DNA of 64,000 nt from Desulfomicrobium sp. (GCA_040768745.1 JAXGMI010000002.1:64001-128000), one strand, 5' to 3'. Positions 28,085-38,527 are shown, counted from the first letter of the stretch. Notes: a model not told the origin generated them from the sequence alone. Numbers and translations: made by a program.

Positions 28085-28312
28085 ATGGATCCCCGCCTGC
28101 GCGGGGATGACGTCGAGGCGGGGCGGCTGGTGGCGGGAGATGTCTGAACCCGAGCAATGCCGGATTCCGGATTTTTAGACAAGAGGTGCCCCTTGCGGTG
28201 AGCGCGGAGGACGCACTTGTACGCTGTCATCCCAGTGGAGGCGTGACTCATGTCCAGTCAGGAGCCTCCTCCGCACTCCAGGAACGTCATCCCAGTGGAG
28301 GCGCGGATCCAT
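28085..28312. repeat. Three REP-like palindromic units, consensus GTCATCCC(C/A)G(C/T)G(C/G)AGGCG.GGATCCAT
   Basis: 28085-28111 (minus, intact palindrome), 28226-28251 and 28286-28312 (plus, degenerate). Confidence 0.7.
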
Positions 28313-28339
28313 GCCTTCCCGTAAACGCCTTCGACTCAC

Positions 28340-28466
28340 CCGCAGCGCTCTGCACGGGCAACAGAGCCGTCAGCAGCGGCACGGGGCTCAGGCGCAGGAC
28401 CTTCCCGGCCACGGATCCCAGCGGCATGTCGACGAACACGCCTCGCCCGTGAGCTCCCATGACCAA
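28340..28466 (-). pseudogene. C-terminal remnant of a universal stress protein (UspA)
   Basis: LVMGAHGRGVFVDMPLGSVAGKVLRLSPVPLL is the USP C-terminal motif; N-terminal part absent. Confidence 0.7.
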
Positions 28467-28566
28467 TTGACAAATGGTAATCAGTAGCAAATATACTGTG
28501 CCAGACACGTCTTACCCGCGCAGCAGGGCGAAATCGACACTGCGCCGCGCAAAATCCGGAGCTGAC

Positions 28567-30045
28567 ATGACATCCGCCGACAACGCCCGTTCGACCCGGA
28601 AGGGATGGAACTTCGACAACAGCTACGCCAGGCTGCCGAAGCACTTGTACGACCTGCAGGGTCCGGTGCAGGTGGACTCCCCGCGTCTGGTCGTCTTCAA
28701 CCGCGAGCTGTCCGACGCCCTGGGCCTCGACACCGCGGCCCTGGACGGGCCCGAGGGCGCCGCCGTCCTCTCCGGCAACCGCGTGCCGAACGGCGCCCTG
28801 CCCATGGCCCAGGCCTACGCCGGGCACCAGTTCGGCCATTTCACCATGCTCGGCGACGGCCGCGCCATCCTGCTGGGCGAGCAGGTCACCCCGGCCGGGG
28901 AGCGCTTCGACATCCAGCTCAAGGGCTCCGGCCGCACCCGCTTTTCCCGGCGCGGGGACGGTCGCGCGGCCCTGGGGCCCATGTTGCGGGAATACATCGT
29001 CAGCGAGGCCATGCACGCCCTCGGCATCCCGACCACGCGCAGCCTGGCCGTGGTCACCACGGGGATGCCCGTGTACCGCGAGACAGAACTGCAGGGTGCG
29101 GTTTTGACCCGCGTGGCGGCCAGTCACCTCCGCGTGGGCACCTTCGAGTACCTGGCCGCCCTGGGCAATCCCGATGATCTGCGCACCCTGGCCCTCTACA
29201 CCATCGATCGCCACTTCCCGCATCTGCGTGCCGCCGACAACCCGTTTCTGGCCCTGCTCGACGCAGTCATCCGCCGGCAGGCATCCCTGATGGCCAAGTG
29301 GCTGCATGTCGGCTTCATCCATGGGGTCATGAACACCGACAACATGGCCCTCAGCGGAGAGACCATCGACTACGGTCCCTGCGCCTTCATGGACGCTTAC
29401 GACCCGGCCACGGTCTTCAGTTCCATCGACCATCAGGGGCGCTACGCCTACGGCAATCAGCCACACATGGCCCAGTGGAACCTGACCCGCTTTGCAGAGA
29501 CCCTGCTGCCCCTGGTTCACGAGGATCACGTTAGGGCCGTGGACCTGGCCACGCAGTCCGTAGAATCTTTTCAGGACATGTTTCGGAGGGACTGGCTCGG
29601 GATTATGCGGGCCAAGCTCGGGCTCTTCAGCGCGGAGGAGGGTGACATGACGCTCTTCCAGGACCTGCTCAAGACCATGCAGGAGGCGGGGGCCGACTAC
29701 ACCTCCACCCTGCGCGGCCTGGCCTCGACAGACCCATCCGGCGTCCCGATCTTCCGGCACGGGGCGTTCCTGCATTGGCATGAGAGCTGGCAGGCCAGAC
29801 TGGCCCGCCAGCGCCAAGGCGTGGAGGAGGCGCGGGCCCTCATGCGCACACACAACCCCGCAGTCATCCCCCGCAATCACCGGGTGGAGGAAGCCCTGGC
29901 CGCAGCCGAAAAGGGCGACATGACCGTCATGGAACGGCTCCTGGCAGCCCTGAAAAATCCATACGCCGATCATGGCGAACACGACGCCTATCGCATGCCG
30001 CCACCGTCCGCTGCCGCCCCGTACAGGACATTCTGCGGGACGTGA
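28567..30045 (+). CDS. selO: Protein adenylyltransferase SelO (YdiU/UPF0061)
   Basis: AQAYAGHQFG, LGDGRA, QLKGSG, HGVMNTDNM, IDYGP, C-terminal TFCGT. Confidence 0.96.
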   Translation: MTSADNARSTRKGWNFDNSYARLPKHLYDLQGPVQVDSPRLVVFNRELSDALGLDTAALDGPEGAAVLSGNRVPNGALPMAQAYAGHQFGHFTMLGDGRAILLGEQVTPAGERFDIQLKGSGRTRFSRRGDGRAALGPMLREYIVSEAMHALGIPTTRSLAVVTTGMPVYRETELQGAVLTRVAASHLRVGTFEYLAALGNPDDLRTLALYTIDRHFPHLRAADNPFLALLDAVIRRQASLMAKWLHVGFIHGVMNTDNMALSGETIDYGPCAFMDAYDPATVFSSIDHQGRYAYGNQPHMAQWNLTRFAETLLPLVHEDHVRAVDLATQSVESFQDMFRRDWLGIMRAKLGLFSAEEGDMTLFQDLLKTMQEAGADYTSTLRGLASTDPSGVPIFRHGAFLHWHESWQARLARQRQGVEEARALMRTHNPAVIPRNHRVEEALAAAEKGDMTVMERLLAALKNPYADHGEHDAYRMPPPSAAAPYRTFCGT

Positions 30046-30086
30046 CGGTGCCCGTACAGGGGAGTATGAGAGGAGAGGGGAGGGCC

Positions 30087-32216
30087 ATGAACACACATTC
30101 CGCGCCGAACCACAGGTCCGGACCCGCAGTCACGGCGGTACTGGCTGCCATGATTGTGCTGGGTTTGCCGGGCCGGCCTTTGCTGCACGCGGCCCAAACC
30201 CAAGTGCAGAGGCTGCGCATCGTCCTTGATCTTCAGGGCGGTCACCTGCGCGGTTACGGGTCCATCCCACTGCCTCCCGGACTGTCGGGGGGGCCGGCAA
30301 TCCTCCTGCACCCGGACATGCGGGTTCTTTCCGTGCGCCTGAACGGCAGGCCGGTGGAGTTCTCCTTTGACGGCGGCATGCTCCGCCCCGACGTCGGGCC
30401 TGCCGGAAACAGAGACCAGCGGGTGCTGGATCTGGAATATGAGGGCCGTTTCCACAATCCCGTTCCCCGGGAACAGTTCGACATGGACAATCCCGGTTCC
30501 GGGGTCGAGGCCAGCGTGACCGAAGAAGGCGTCTTTTTCCAGGCCGGGAGCGCCTGGCACCCCCGGCTCAGGGGCTTCGATCCGGTCCTGGACCTTGAGA
30601 TTGACGCGCCGCGCGGCGTCCTGGCCGTCACAGCGGGCCGTCTCCTGGGCCACGAGGACCTGGGCGAGAGGACCTTCTCGCGCTGGCGCGCCGGGCGTAC
30701 GGCCGGGGGACTGCCCCTCTCTGCCGGAGAATACATCCAGGGCCGCCTCGACACGCCGACCGTCCCCGTGCTGACCTATTTCTCCTCCGGAAGCCAAGCC
30801 CTGGCCGAGACCTACCTGCAGGCCTCGGCCCGCCACCTGGCCGTCTGCGAAAAACTGCACGGTCCTTACCCCTTTGACCATTTCGCCGTAGTCGAGAACT
30901 TCTTTCCCACGGGGTACGGCATGCCCGGCTACACCCTGCTGGGTTCCTCCGTCGTGCGTCTGCCCTTCATTCCTGCAACCAGCCTGCGCCACGAGGTGGC
31001 CCACTGCTGGTGGGGCAATGGCGTCCTCGTCGATTCCGCCACGGGCAACTGGAGCGAAGGCCTGACAACCTACGTCGCAGACCACCTGGCCCAGGAGGAG
31101 ATCTCTGCCGAGGCGGCCAGGGAGTACCGCCAGCGTATCCTGCGCGACTATGCCCTGCTGGCCGCAGGCCCCCGTGATTTTCCTGTCCATGGCTTCCGTT
31201 TCCGGTCCGACCCGGCCACCCAGGTGGTGGGCTACGGCAAAGCCATGTTCCTCCTGCACATGATCCGTCAGCGCATGGGAGATGAGCGCTTCTGGGCCGC
31301 ACTGCGCCAATTCTACGCGGGCTGGCTGTTCCGCGAGGCGGGCTGGGGGGACATGCTTGCGGCCTTCGAGGCCGCGGGATGGGACCTGAGGGAGCGGAAC
31401 GTCTTCGAGCGGCAGTGGATCCGGTCCCCCGGAGCGCCGGACTTGGCCCTGGGTCCGGTGACGGTCTCGCCCGTGGCTTCGGGTTTTGTCACGCAGGGCA
31501 CGGTCACCCAGAAGGCCCCCTTCTACGACCTGTTTGTGACCGTGCGCGTCGAAACCGTTGACGGGCCCCGGGAAACGCAGATCTTTCTGAACGGGGAGAG
31601 CTCCGGTTTTTCCATCCCCAGTCCGTCCAGACCCCTGCGGCTGGGCGTGGATCCGGACCGCCACATTTTCCGTTTGCTGGCCCCGTCGGAAATTCCGCCC
31701 ACCGTGAACAGCGTCAAGGGCGCGGACAACCTGCTCGTCGTCGTCAGCGACGACCTCGCGCACATGTCCGGTGCCAACCTCGCCGCTTTTCTGGCCAGCC
31801 TGAACCAGGAGGAGGCCCGTGTTGTGTCCGAATCTGAAGCGCAGGCCATCGCGTCCTCGGCCTCGAACCTGCTCTTTTTCGGTTTTCCCCGCAGCGCAGC
31901 CCTGCAGACCCTGCTTTCGTCCCCCGAGGGGTATGGTCTGGACCGGTGGGCTCGGGGCTTCGCCTTCCGCGACAAACCCGCCGGCGCCGAACTTGACGTC
32001 CTCTTCCTGGCCATGCCCAACCCGCGCGGCGACAAGGGGGTCGCGGCCGTCCTGCAGGTCGGCCCGGAGCTGGGGGAGGCAGCCGTGGCTGACGCGGCCC
32101 GTCGGGTCACCCACTACGGCAGGGACAGCTTCGTTGGTTTCAGTCAGGGCGTGAACCGTCTGCGCGGGGCATGGCCTGCGCTGGATTCACCGCTGATCGT
32201 GGAGTTCCAGCCATGA
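30087..32216 (+). CDS. M1-family zinc aminopeptidase-like protein, exported
   Basis: GYGMP, HEVAH..W.GN, WSEGL, YGK. Confidence 0.85.
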   Translation: MNTHSAPNHRSGPAVTAVLAAMIVLGLPGRPLLHAAQTQVQRLRIVLDLQGGHLRGYGSIPLPPGLSGGPAILLHPDMRVLSVRLNGRPVEFSFDGGMLRPDVGPAGNRDQRVLDLEYEGRFHNPVPREQFDMDNPGSGVEASVTEEGVFFQAGSAWHPRLRGFDPVLDLEIDAPRGVLAVTAGRLLGHEDLGERTFSRWRAGRTAGGLPLSAGEYIQGRLDTPTVPVLTYFSSGSQALAETYLQASARHLAVCEKLHGPYPFDHFAVVENFFPTGYGMPGYTLLGSSVVRLPFIPATSLRHEVAHCWWGNGVLVDSATGNWSEGLTTYVADHLAQEEISAEAAREYRQRILRDYALLAAGPRDFPVHGFRFRSDPATQVVGYGKAMFLLHMIRQRMGDERFWAALRQFYAGWLFREAGWGDMLAAFEAAGWDLRERNVFERQWIRSPGAPDLALGPVTVSPVASGFVTQGTVTQKAPFYDLFVTVRVETVDGPRETQIFLNGESSGFSIPSPSRPLRLGVDPDRHIFRLLAPSEIPPTVNSVKGADNLLVVVSDDLAHMSGANLAAFLASLNQEEARVVSESEAQAIASSASNLLFFGFPRSAALQTLLSSPEGYGLDRWARGFAFRDKPAGAELDVLFLAMPNPRGDKGVAAVLQVGPELGEAAVADAARRVTHYGRDSFVGFSQGVNRLRGAWPALDSPLIVEFQP

Positions 32217-33070
32217 ACGCAGTGCAGCCCAGATACATCGCAATCTTCATCGCGCAGCTCCTGGCCCTGGTCGCGTCCAGCCCGGCGTTTTCCAATGCAC
32301 CTCTGACGCTGCTGGACCTGGCCCGGTCCCGCACTGCAAGCCTGACGGAGCTGGCCCCCGAGCTGGCCAAGGCCGACCTGGTCCTGGTCGGCGAATCCCA
32401 TGGCAACCCCCTCCACCACCAGGCACAGCTGGCTGTCATCCGCGGTCTGCACGAGGCCGGGCACCCTGTGTCCGTGGGGCTGGAGATGTTCCAGCGGCTG
32501 GAACAGAATGTCCTGGACCGATGGATCGCCGGAAGCCTTGCGGAAGCAGATATGGTTCAGGCGTTTTCCCGGAACTGGAGCATCGCATGGGAGGCCTACC
32601 GGGACATCTTTGTCTACTGTCGCGACAACGGCATCCCCATGGCCGGGCTGAACGTCCCGCTGAAGATCACCCGCAAGGTGGCCAGGGAGGGCTTCTTTGC
32701 CCTGACCGCCGAGGAGGTCGGCCTGCTCCCGCCCATCACCTGCAGCGTCGACCCGCAGTACGAAGCCTTTCTGCGTGGATTTGCGGGCTCGAGCGGCCAC
32801 GAGGCGAGCTTTGACCGCTTCTGTCAGGCCCAGCTGGTCTGGGATGCGGCCATGGCCGTGCACGCCCTGGACTTCCTGAAGACGAGGCCGGACCGGACCA
32901 TGATCATCATGGCCGGTTCGGTCCACGCCTGGAAGCCGGCCGTACCTGATCAGGTCCGCCGTCTGGCGCCGCAGGCCGCCGTGATTTCCATCCTGCCGGA
33001 AACAGGGATCAAGGGGGACAGGTCCGGCATCGGCACGTCCGACGCGGACTTTCTGATTCCGGGCCGCTGA
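32213..33070 (+). CDS. ChaN family (heme/iron-regulated, EreA-like fold) protein
   Basis: VLVGESH, HQAQL, GLEMF, AQLVWDAAMA, AGSVH. Confidence 0.88.
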   Translation: MNAVQPRYIAIFIAQLLALVASSPAFSNAPLTLLDLARSRTASLTELAPELAKADLVLVGESHGNPLHHQAQLAVIRGLHEAGHPVSVGLEMFQRLEQNVLDRWIAGSLAEADMVQAFSRNWSIAWEAYRDIFVYCRDNGIPMAGLNVPLKITRKVAREGFFALTAEEVGLLPPITCSVDPQYEAFLRGFAGSSGHEASFDRFCQAQLVWDAAMAVHALDFLKTRPDRTMIIMAGSVHAWKPAVPDQVRRLAPQAAVISILPETGIKGDRSGIGTSDADFLIPGR

Positions 33071-33328
33071 ATGCGGCGGACGCACAGCGAATCCCGGCCT
33101 GGATCAGGTTGCGAGACCCAGGCTTGAATTTTTCGAGGGTGATTGTGCGCGCAAAAACCGGTTTGCGCTTCGCTGAAGGAGGAGAATCAATCTGGAGAGG
33201 GCACAATGATGGCTCAATTTCTGACCATCTGAGTGCTGTTCTCCCGCGCAAATTCCCGACGAGTTCACTTCTTCTTAACCAAGGGGGAAGCCACCTTCCC
33301 CCTGTGTTTTTTCATCATGCGGCGCAGT

Positions 33329-35710
33329 CTATTCCAGCGGCGTGTTCGGAATGAGGGTCCAGATGCCGCAGGGACAGGCTCCGGCGCAGAATCCGCAGCC
33401 AATGCACTTCGTTGCGTCGCAGACCATGGCGAATTCATTGTCCGGCAGGGTCTGGCGGCTGATGGCCCCACGCGGGCAGACCGCCTCGCAGATGCCGCAG
33501 TCCCGGCATACCCCGCAGGAGGAGCACTCCTCGGCGCATTGGTCCAGGCTTTCGAACCCCGCCATGCGCGGATCGAAGTAGGCCAGGTTCATGCGCGCGT
33601 AGTCGATGGTCTCGGACATGTGATTGCCCGGATCCATGTAGTCGATACGGGTTTTCAGCCCCTCGGCCATGTCCTCGGTGACAGACAGGGGGCGGCGACC
33701 GGAGATGATGTCGTCAATGGCCTGGGCCGCGCGGCGGCCGTCGCCGATGGCCTGGGTCAGCAGGCCCAGCTTGACCAGGTCGCCGATGGCGAAGACCCGC
33801 GGGTCCGTGGTCTGGTTCACGTCATTGACCTGGATGAAGCCGCGCTCCCGGGCAATGTTGTCCGGAAAGGCCTCCAGGTCAGGGACGTCTCCGATGGAAA
33901 CGATGACCGTGTCCGCCGGGAGCAGGCGGCCGTCGGTCAGGAGCACGCCCTCGGCCGTGATTTCCTTGGTGAAGCAGGGCCACAGGAACTGCGCTCCGGC
34001 CTTTTCCGCCTCGTCGCGCTCCTTTCCGAAGGAGGCGGGTTTCTGCACGTCGATGAGCGTGATGCTCCTGGCCCCGAGGCGTCCGGCCTCGGAGGCCACG
34101 TCGCAACCGACGTTGCCCGCGCCGATGATGACGACGCGCTCCCCGACCTTGGCATCGCCATGCTTGCAGGCCTTCAGGAAGTCGGTGGCTGTGACCAGGC
34201 GTTCATTGCCGGGCACCGGCAGGGTCCGTGGGCGCTGGGCGCCTGTGGCCAGGACGATGAAGTCATAGTCGTTCCTGATGGCTTCAAAGTCGTCCCTGGA
34301 CAGCTTCTTGGACAGTCGCACGTGGGGAATGATCTCCCGGGCCCGATCCAGTTCGGCAGCCAGCACCTCGGGAGGGATGCGGTTGGCCGGTATGGAAGCC
34401 TGCAGTTTTCCGCCCAGCTTTTCGTCCATGTCGAAGACCGAGGCCTTGTGTCCCTTGAGCCGCAGTTGCCAGGCCACGGAAATGCCTGCAGGGCCGCCGC
34501 CGATGACCGCGACCTTTTTGTCAGAAGACATGGGCAGCATGGGCGGGTGGGCGTTGATACCTTCCTTGCCCAGCATCTTGGCGTCCACGGGTTTGAGATT
34601 GCCGAGGCCGCGGGTGCAACCTTCCATGCACAGGTTGGGGCAGAGATACCCGCAGACCGTGGCCGGAAACGGTGTGTATTCCAGAGACAGGTCCACTGCC
34701 TCGGCCAGGCGGCCTTCGCGCACCAGCTGCCAGCGTTTTTGTACGGGTATGCCCGAGGGGCAGCTGGCCTGACAGGGCGGCATGTACTTGCAGTTTTCCC
34801 ACACCGGAACGAAGCGGCGCAGTTCATCCGTGGTAATCAGCCCGATGGGTGAACGGTCCACCGCGGTCAGATCCCCAACCAGTCCTCCCCGCCCCAGTTC
34901 CTTGTCCCAGACCTGAGAGTGGAACTCGGCCATGGACTTTCGTTTCTTGGTGACCTTTTCATACGGGGTCTTGGCGCGCACCAGCCGCCACTGATCACGG
35001 GAGGCCAGGGAATCAAAGAGGCCGCTTCTGTTGATTTTATTCAAATACAACTTGAGATTTTCCGTGAGCCAGGCCCAATCCTCGTCGTTGATGGGAGTGT
35101 GCACGGCGTCGGCGGTGCTGACGGCCTGCTCCTGGCCGCGGTAAAAGATGCGGCCTCCGACCATGCCCACGCAGGGCCGGTAGCCCAGGATCGAGGCGTT
35201 GTCTCCGGCATCCACTCCGCAGACCACGGCCACCCCCCCGGCCATGAATTCGGCGAAATAGTCTCCTGCATGGCCCAGGACCCATAATTCCGGAGCAGGG
35301 AAGCGGGGGTTCTGCTTGGTCATGGTCATGGAGCGTGAGCCGACGTTGCCGGCGATGAAAACCCTGCCCTGGGCCATGGCATTGGCAATGCCGTTGCCGG
35401 CGTTGCCGTGGACGATGATTTCCGCCCCGGCGTTCAGCCAGCCGATGTCGTCGGAGCCGGGTCCCATGGCCTCGATGGTCGTGCCGGGAAAACCGAAGGA
35501 GCCCAGCCGCTGGCCCGCGGCCCCGGTCACGGTGATCCTGACGGGTTCCTTTTTGGAGATCCAGAGGCGGCCGCCGATGCCGTGCTGGCCTCTGGCCTCG
35601 ATGACGAGTTCGCGTGCTCCTGCCTTGACGGCGTCCTGGATGCGCTCCTCGAGGATGCGGGATTCCAGCCGGACGCCGTTTTCCTGTCCTGCAATGAATG
35701 TGTTCTGCAT
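33329..35710 (-). CDS. Glutamate synthase subunit: GXGXG domain + GltD-like FAD/NAD(P)H domain + ferredoxin domain
   Basis: GQHGIGG/GXGXG repeats, PPCQASCP, IGGGPAG, IGAGNVG, terminal 2x CxxCxxC. Confidence 0.9.
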   Translation of the reverse strand: MQNTFIAGQENGVRLESRILEERIQDAVKAGARELVIEARGQHGIGGRLWISKKEPVRITVTGAAGQRLGSFGFPGTTIEAMGPGSDDIGWLNAGAEIIVHGNAGNGIANAMAQGRVFIAGNVGSRSMTMTKQNPRFPAPELWVLGHAGDYFAEFMAGGVAVVCGVDAGDNASILGYRPCVGMVGGRIFYRGQEQAVSTADAVHTPINDEDWAWLTENLKLYLNKINRSGLFDSLASRDQWRLVRAKTPYEKVTKKRKSMAEFHSQVWDKELGRGGLVGDLTAVDRSPIGLITTDELRRFVPVWENCKYMPPCQASCPSGIPVQKRWQLVREGRLAEAVDLSLEYTPFPATVCGYLCPNLCMEGCTRGLGNLKPVDAKMLGKEGINAHPPMLPMSSDKKVAVIGGGPAGISVAWQLRLKGHKASVFDMDEKLGGKLQASIPANRIPPEVLAAELDRAREIIPHVRLSKKLSRDDFEAIRNDYDFIVLATGAQRPRTLPVPGNERLVTATDFLKACKHGDAKVGERVVIIGAGNVGCDVASEAGRLGARSITLIDVQKPASFGKERDEAEKAGAQFLWPCFTKEITAEGVLLTDGRLLPADTVIVSIGDVPDLEAFPDNIARERGFIQVNDVNQTTDPRVFAIGDLVKLGLLTQAIGDGRRAAQAIDDIISGRRPLSVTEDMAEGLKTRIDYMDPGNHMSETIDYARMNLAYFDPRMAGFESLDQCAEECSSCGVCRDCGICEAVCPRGAISRQTLPDNEFAMVCDATKCIGCGFCAGACPCGIWTLIPNTPLE

Positions 35711-35723
35711 GGTGCCCTCCGTC

Positions 35724-37358
35724 TCAGACCACGTATTTGATGGCCAGTCTGTCCGCTGCGTCCTTGTCGGCGATGCCCAGGGCGTCGGACATGCCGACGG
35801 GCAGAGATGTGGACCTGCCCAGGGGGGCGAAGACCTTTTTCAGCTCGGTATCGAAGCTGACATAGAGATCCACCAGCCGCTCAGCCACCTTTTCCGGATC
35901 AAGGCGGCGGTAAACGCGCGGATCCTGGGAGGTGATGCCCTTGGGACAGACGCCGATGTTGCAGACGTTGCAGCGATCAGACTCGGAGCCCACGCATCCG
36001 GCCGCGGCCTGCATGACGTACTTGCCGATTTGCACGGCCGAGGCGCCCAGCATGATGAGCGAGGCCGCATTGGCTGCCAGGTTGCCGTTCTTGCCGATGC
36101 CGCCGCCGGCGATGAGGGGCACTTCGTTCTGCTTGCCCATGGCGCACAGGGTCAGATAGGCGTCGCGGATGTTGGAGGCGATGGGACTGCCCATGTGGTT
36201 CATGGATACGTTGTAGGCCGCGCCTGTGCCGCCGTCCTCGCCGTCCACGGCCAGACCGGCGGCATAGGGATTGCGGCAGAGGTTGTTCAGCACCGCGTTG
36301 GTCGTACTCGTGGCCGAGATCTTGGGGTACACGGGCACGCGGAATCCCCAGGCCATGGACATGGACTGGATCATCTTGGCCACGGCCTCCTCGATGGAGT
36401 ATTTGGTCTGGTGGGTCGGCGGACTGGGCAGACTCACTCCCGGAGGGACCCCGCGGATGGCCGCGATGAGCTTGTTGACCTTGTGCCACATGAGGAGTCC
36501 CCCGTCCCCGGGCTTGGCGCCCTGGCCGTACTTGATCTCGATGGCGCAGGGGTCTTCCTTCATGTCCGGTATGGCGTGGATGATCTCGTCCCATCCGAAA
36601 TAGCCCGAGGCGATCTGCAGGATGACATATTTGAGAAACCGCGAGCGGAGCAGGCGCGGGGGGCAACCTCCCTCTCCCGTGCAGATGCGCACGGGCATAC
36701 CCAGCTCCTCGTTCAGGTAGGCCACGCCCATCTGCAGGCCTTCCCACATGTTGGGTGACAGGGCGCCGAAGGACATGCTCCCGATCATCAGCGGGTAGAT
36801 CTCGCGCACCGGCGGGGCCCACCCGTGTTCCTTGATGGTGGCCAAGCCGTCCAGGGGGCTCTGCACGCGGCCGATGAGGGTCTTCAGGTCGAATTCATGG
36901 CGGCCCGAATCGAGGGCAGGGTCCGTCAGCATGGAGATGCGGATGAATTTGATCTGGTCCAGGACCGAGCCGTTGTCGTTGCGGCGTCCCCCCCGGGTGC
37001 GGGGCTGGCCTCCCAGGTTGATATGGAAGCGGAGCTTGTCCTTTTCATCCGAGTGCATGGGCAGGATGGCATCGTTGGGACAGACCATGCTGCAGGTTCC
37101 GCAGCCCACGCAGGCCTGGTGAGGGGCCGTGCGCTGGCGGATGCCGTAGTAGATGGTGTGCTCGTTCTCGGGCTTGTTCTTGAACCCCGCCGCGACCTTG
37201 ATGCTGCGCTTGCGGAAGGTGCCGAGTTCCAGGGACTGCATGGGACACACGGCGCAGCACTGGCCGCAGAGGGTGCAGCGTTCCTTGTTCCAGACAATCT
37301 GCCAGGGCAGATCCTTGATACTCAGTTGTGAAGGGGTAATGGCTGCGACTGCCGACAT
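35724..37358 (-). CDS. Glutamate synthase FMN-binding subunit with N-terminal ferredoxin
   Basis: MSFGALS, TGEGG, QIASG.FG, EIKYGQGAKPG.GG, DG.DGGTGAA. Confidence 0.93.
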   Translation of the reverse strand: MSAVAAITPSQLSIKDLPWQIVWNKERCTLCGQCCAVCPMQSLELGTFRKRSIKVAAGFKNKPENEHTIYYGIRQRTAPHQACVGCGTCSMVCPNDAILPMHSDEKDKLRFHINLGGQPRTRGGRRNDNGSVLDQIKFIRISMLTDPALDSGRHEFDLKTLIGRVQSPLDGLATIKEHGWAPPVREIYPLMIGSMSFGALSPNMWEGLQMGVAYLNEELGMPVRICTGEGGCPPRLLRSRFLKYVILQIASGYFGWDEIIHAIPDMKEDPCAIEIKYGQGAKPGDGGLLMWHKVNKLIAAIRGVPPGVSLPSPPTHQTKYSIEEAVAKMIQSMSMAWGFRVPVYPKISATSTTNAVLNNLCRNPYAAGLAVDGEDGGTGAAYNVSMNHMGSPIASNIRDAYLTLCAMGKQNEVPLIAGGGIGKNGNLAANAASLIMLGASAVQIGKYVMQAAAGCVGSESDRCNVCNIGVCPKGITSQDPRVYRRLDPEKVAERLVDLYVSFDTELKKVFAPLGRSTSLPVGMSDALGIADKDAADRLAIKYVV

Positions 37359-38452
37359 ATTCTGACCTCCTGGCGGTCCGGGCCAACAATGGCCGAGTCA
37401 AGATGCATGGGTTGAAAATCCTTGGTTCTGTCACGATCCGGGATGGCCAGGTCCAGGCCGCATATCTCGGAGGAGAATGCGAACAGGCCAGGCCTGCCGC
37501 CGACCACGCCGGGGCGGAGCTTTTTGCTGTCCTGGACCATGAACATGGACTTGTCCGGCAGGCAGCCGATGACGCAGTTGGGTCCGTCGATGATCAGGCG
37601 GCGGCAGATCTGCTTCAGCTTGGTCAGGAATTCCCTGTCCGGATGGTTATGCATTTCATGATCCTTCAGAGGGGTGATGACGTGCTTGTATGCCTCGAAA
37701 GGAAGGGCCAGCCTCTTCAAGGCATAGTGCAGGATATGCGTGAACACCTCCGAATCGGAATTGTAGCCCTCGTAGCCGGGGATGCCCTGGCCCATGAGGT
37801 AGTCCCGGATGGGCACGAATGCGGTGTTTTCACCGTTGGTCATGGTGCTGATGCCTTCGATGAAGAAGGGGTGGCAGGCGTAGAGATTGATGGCATAGTT
37901 GGTGTTCTGCCGACCCTGGGCCAGGATGAGTCGGCTGTGGATTTCAGGACGGTCCAGGCCCAGGTATTCCCCGACCTGCAAGGGATCTCCGATCTCCTTG
38001 ATCATGATTGTGTCCGGCCAGAAGGAGAAGACAGTGATGTCCTCGCTGTCCAGTCCCATGTGCTTGAGCTGCAGGCGGGTTCTCAGGCAGGCCAGCCCTT
38101 TTTCCTCTGCTGTCAGGGTGGCCCAGGACTCGGGAACGTCATAGGCGCGGACCACGTAGGCATCGCGCTTGGGCGTCCAGGTCGGCAGCGCCCCCTTGGG
38201 GGTGATGGGCATGTCGTACCTGAGGGTGAAGCCCTTGGCCTCCATGAATTCGTCGAGGCGTTTCATGCCCGGGTCGGTGAATATTCCGGACAGGACGGGG
38301 TTGTCCTTCATGGATTCGAACGGACCGGCCAGATCCGACAGGTACAGTCCGACGCCCGAGCCGTCGTGTCCCTCGCGCATGACATCCAGGGCCCGGATGG
38401 CATCCATGGGGGAGACGGGATCGCTGCTCGTCAGAGCAAATAATCGACACAT
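37322..38452 (-). CDS. Glutamate synthase glutamine amidotransferase (class II) subunit
   Basis: N-terminal MC (Ntn Cys), GHDGSG, HPFF, NGEN, SDSEV, KLRPGV. Confidence 0.9.
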   Translation of the reverse strand: MCRLFALTSSDPVSPMDAIRALDVMREGHDGSGVGLYLSDLAGPFESMKDNPVLSGIFTDPGMKRLDEFMEAKGFTLRYDMPITPKGALPTWTPKRDAYVVRAYDVPESWATLTAEEKGLACLRTRLQLKHMGLDSEDITVFSFWPDTIMIKEIGDPLQVGEYLGLDRPEIHSRLILAQGRQNTNYAINLYACHPFFIEGISTMTNGENTAFVPIRDYLMGQGIPGYEGYNSDSEVFTHILHYALKRLALPFEAYKHVITPLKDHEMHNHPDREFLTKLKQICRRLIIDGPNCVIGCLPDKSMFMVQDSKKLRPGVVGGRPGLFAFSSEICGLDLAIPDRDRTKDFQPMHLDSAIVGPDRQEVRICRQSQPLPLHN

Positions 38453-38507
38453 AGCGCATCACTCCCTTTGCTGTTCAATCCCGGATTGCGCGCAGAGGCA
38501 CAGAGAA

Positions 38508-38527
38508 ATATGACAATTCTGTCATAT
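38508..38527. promoter_or_regulatory. Inverted repeat ATATGACA-N4-TGTCATAT upstream of glutamate synthase operon
   Basis: Perfect 8-bp arms ~56 bp upstream of the first start codon. Confidence 0.5.

Noticed and set aside
28226..28312. Repeats 60 bp apart resembling a mini-CRISPR
   Set aside because: Only two degenerate direct copies plus one inverted copy, no cas genes; fits REP-like elements
30034..30045. SelO terminal TGA as selenocysteine
   Set aside because: The protein ends in the normal bacterial CGT motif with Cys; TGA is the stop
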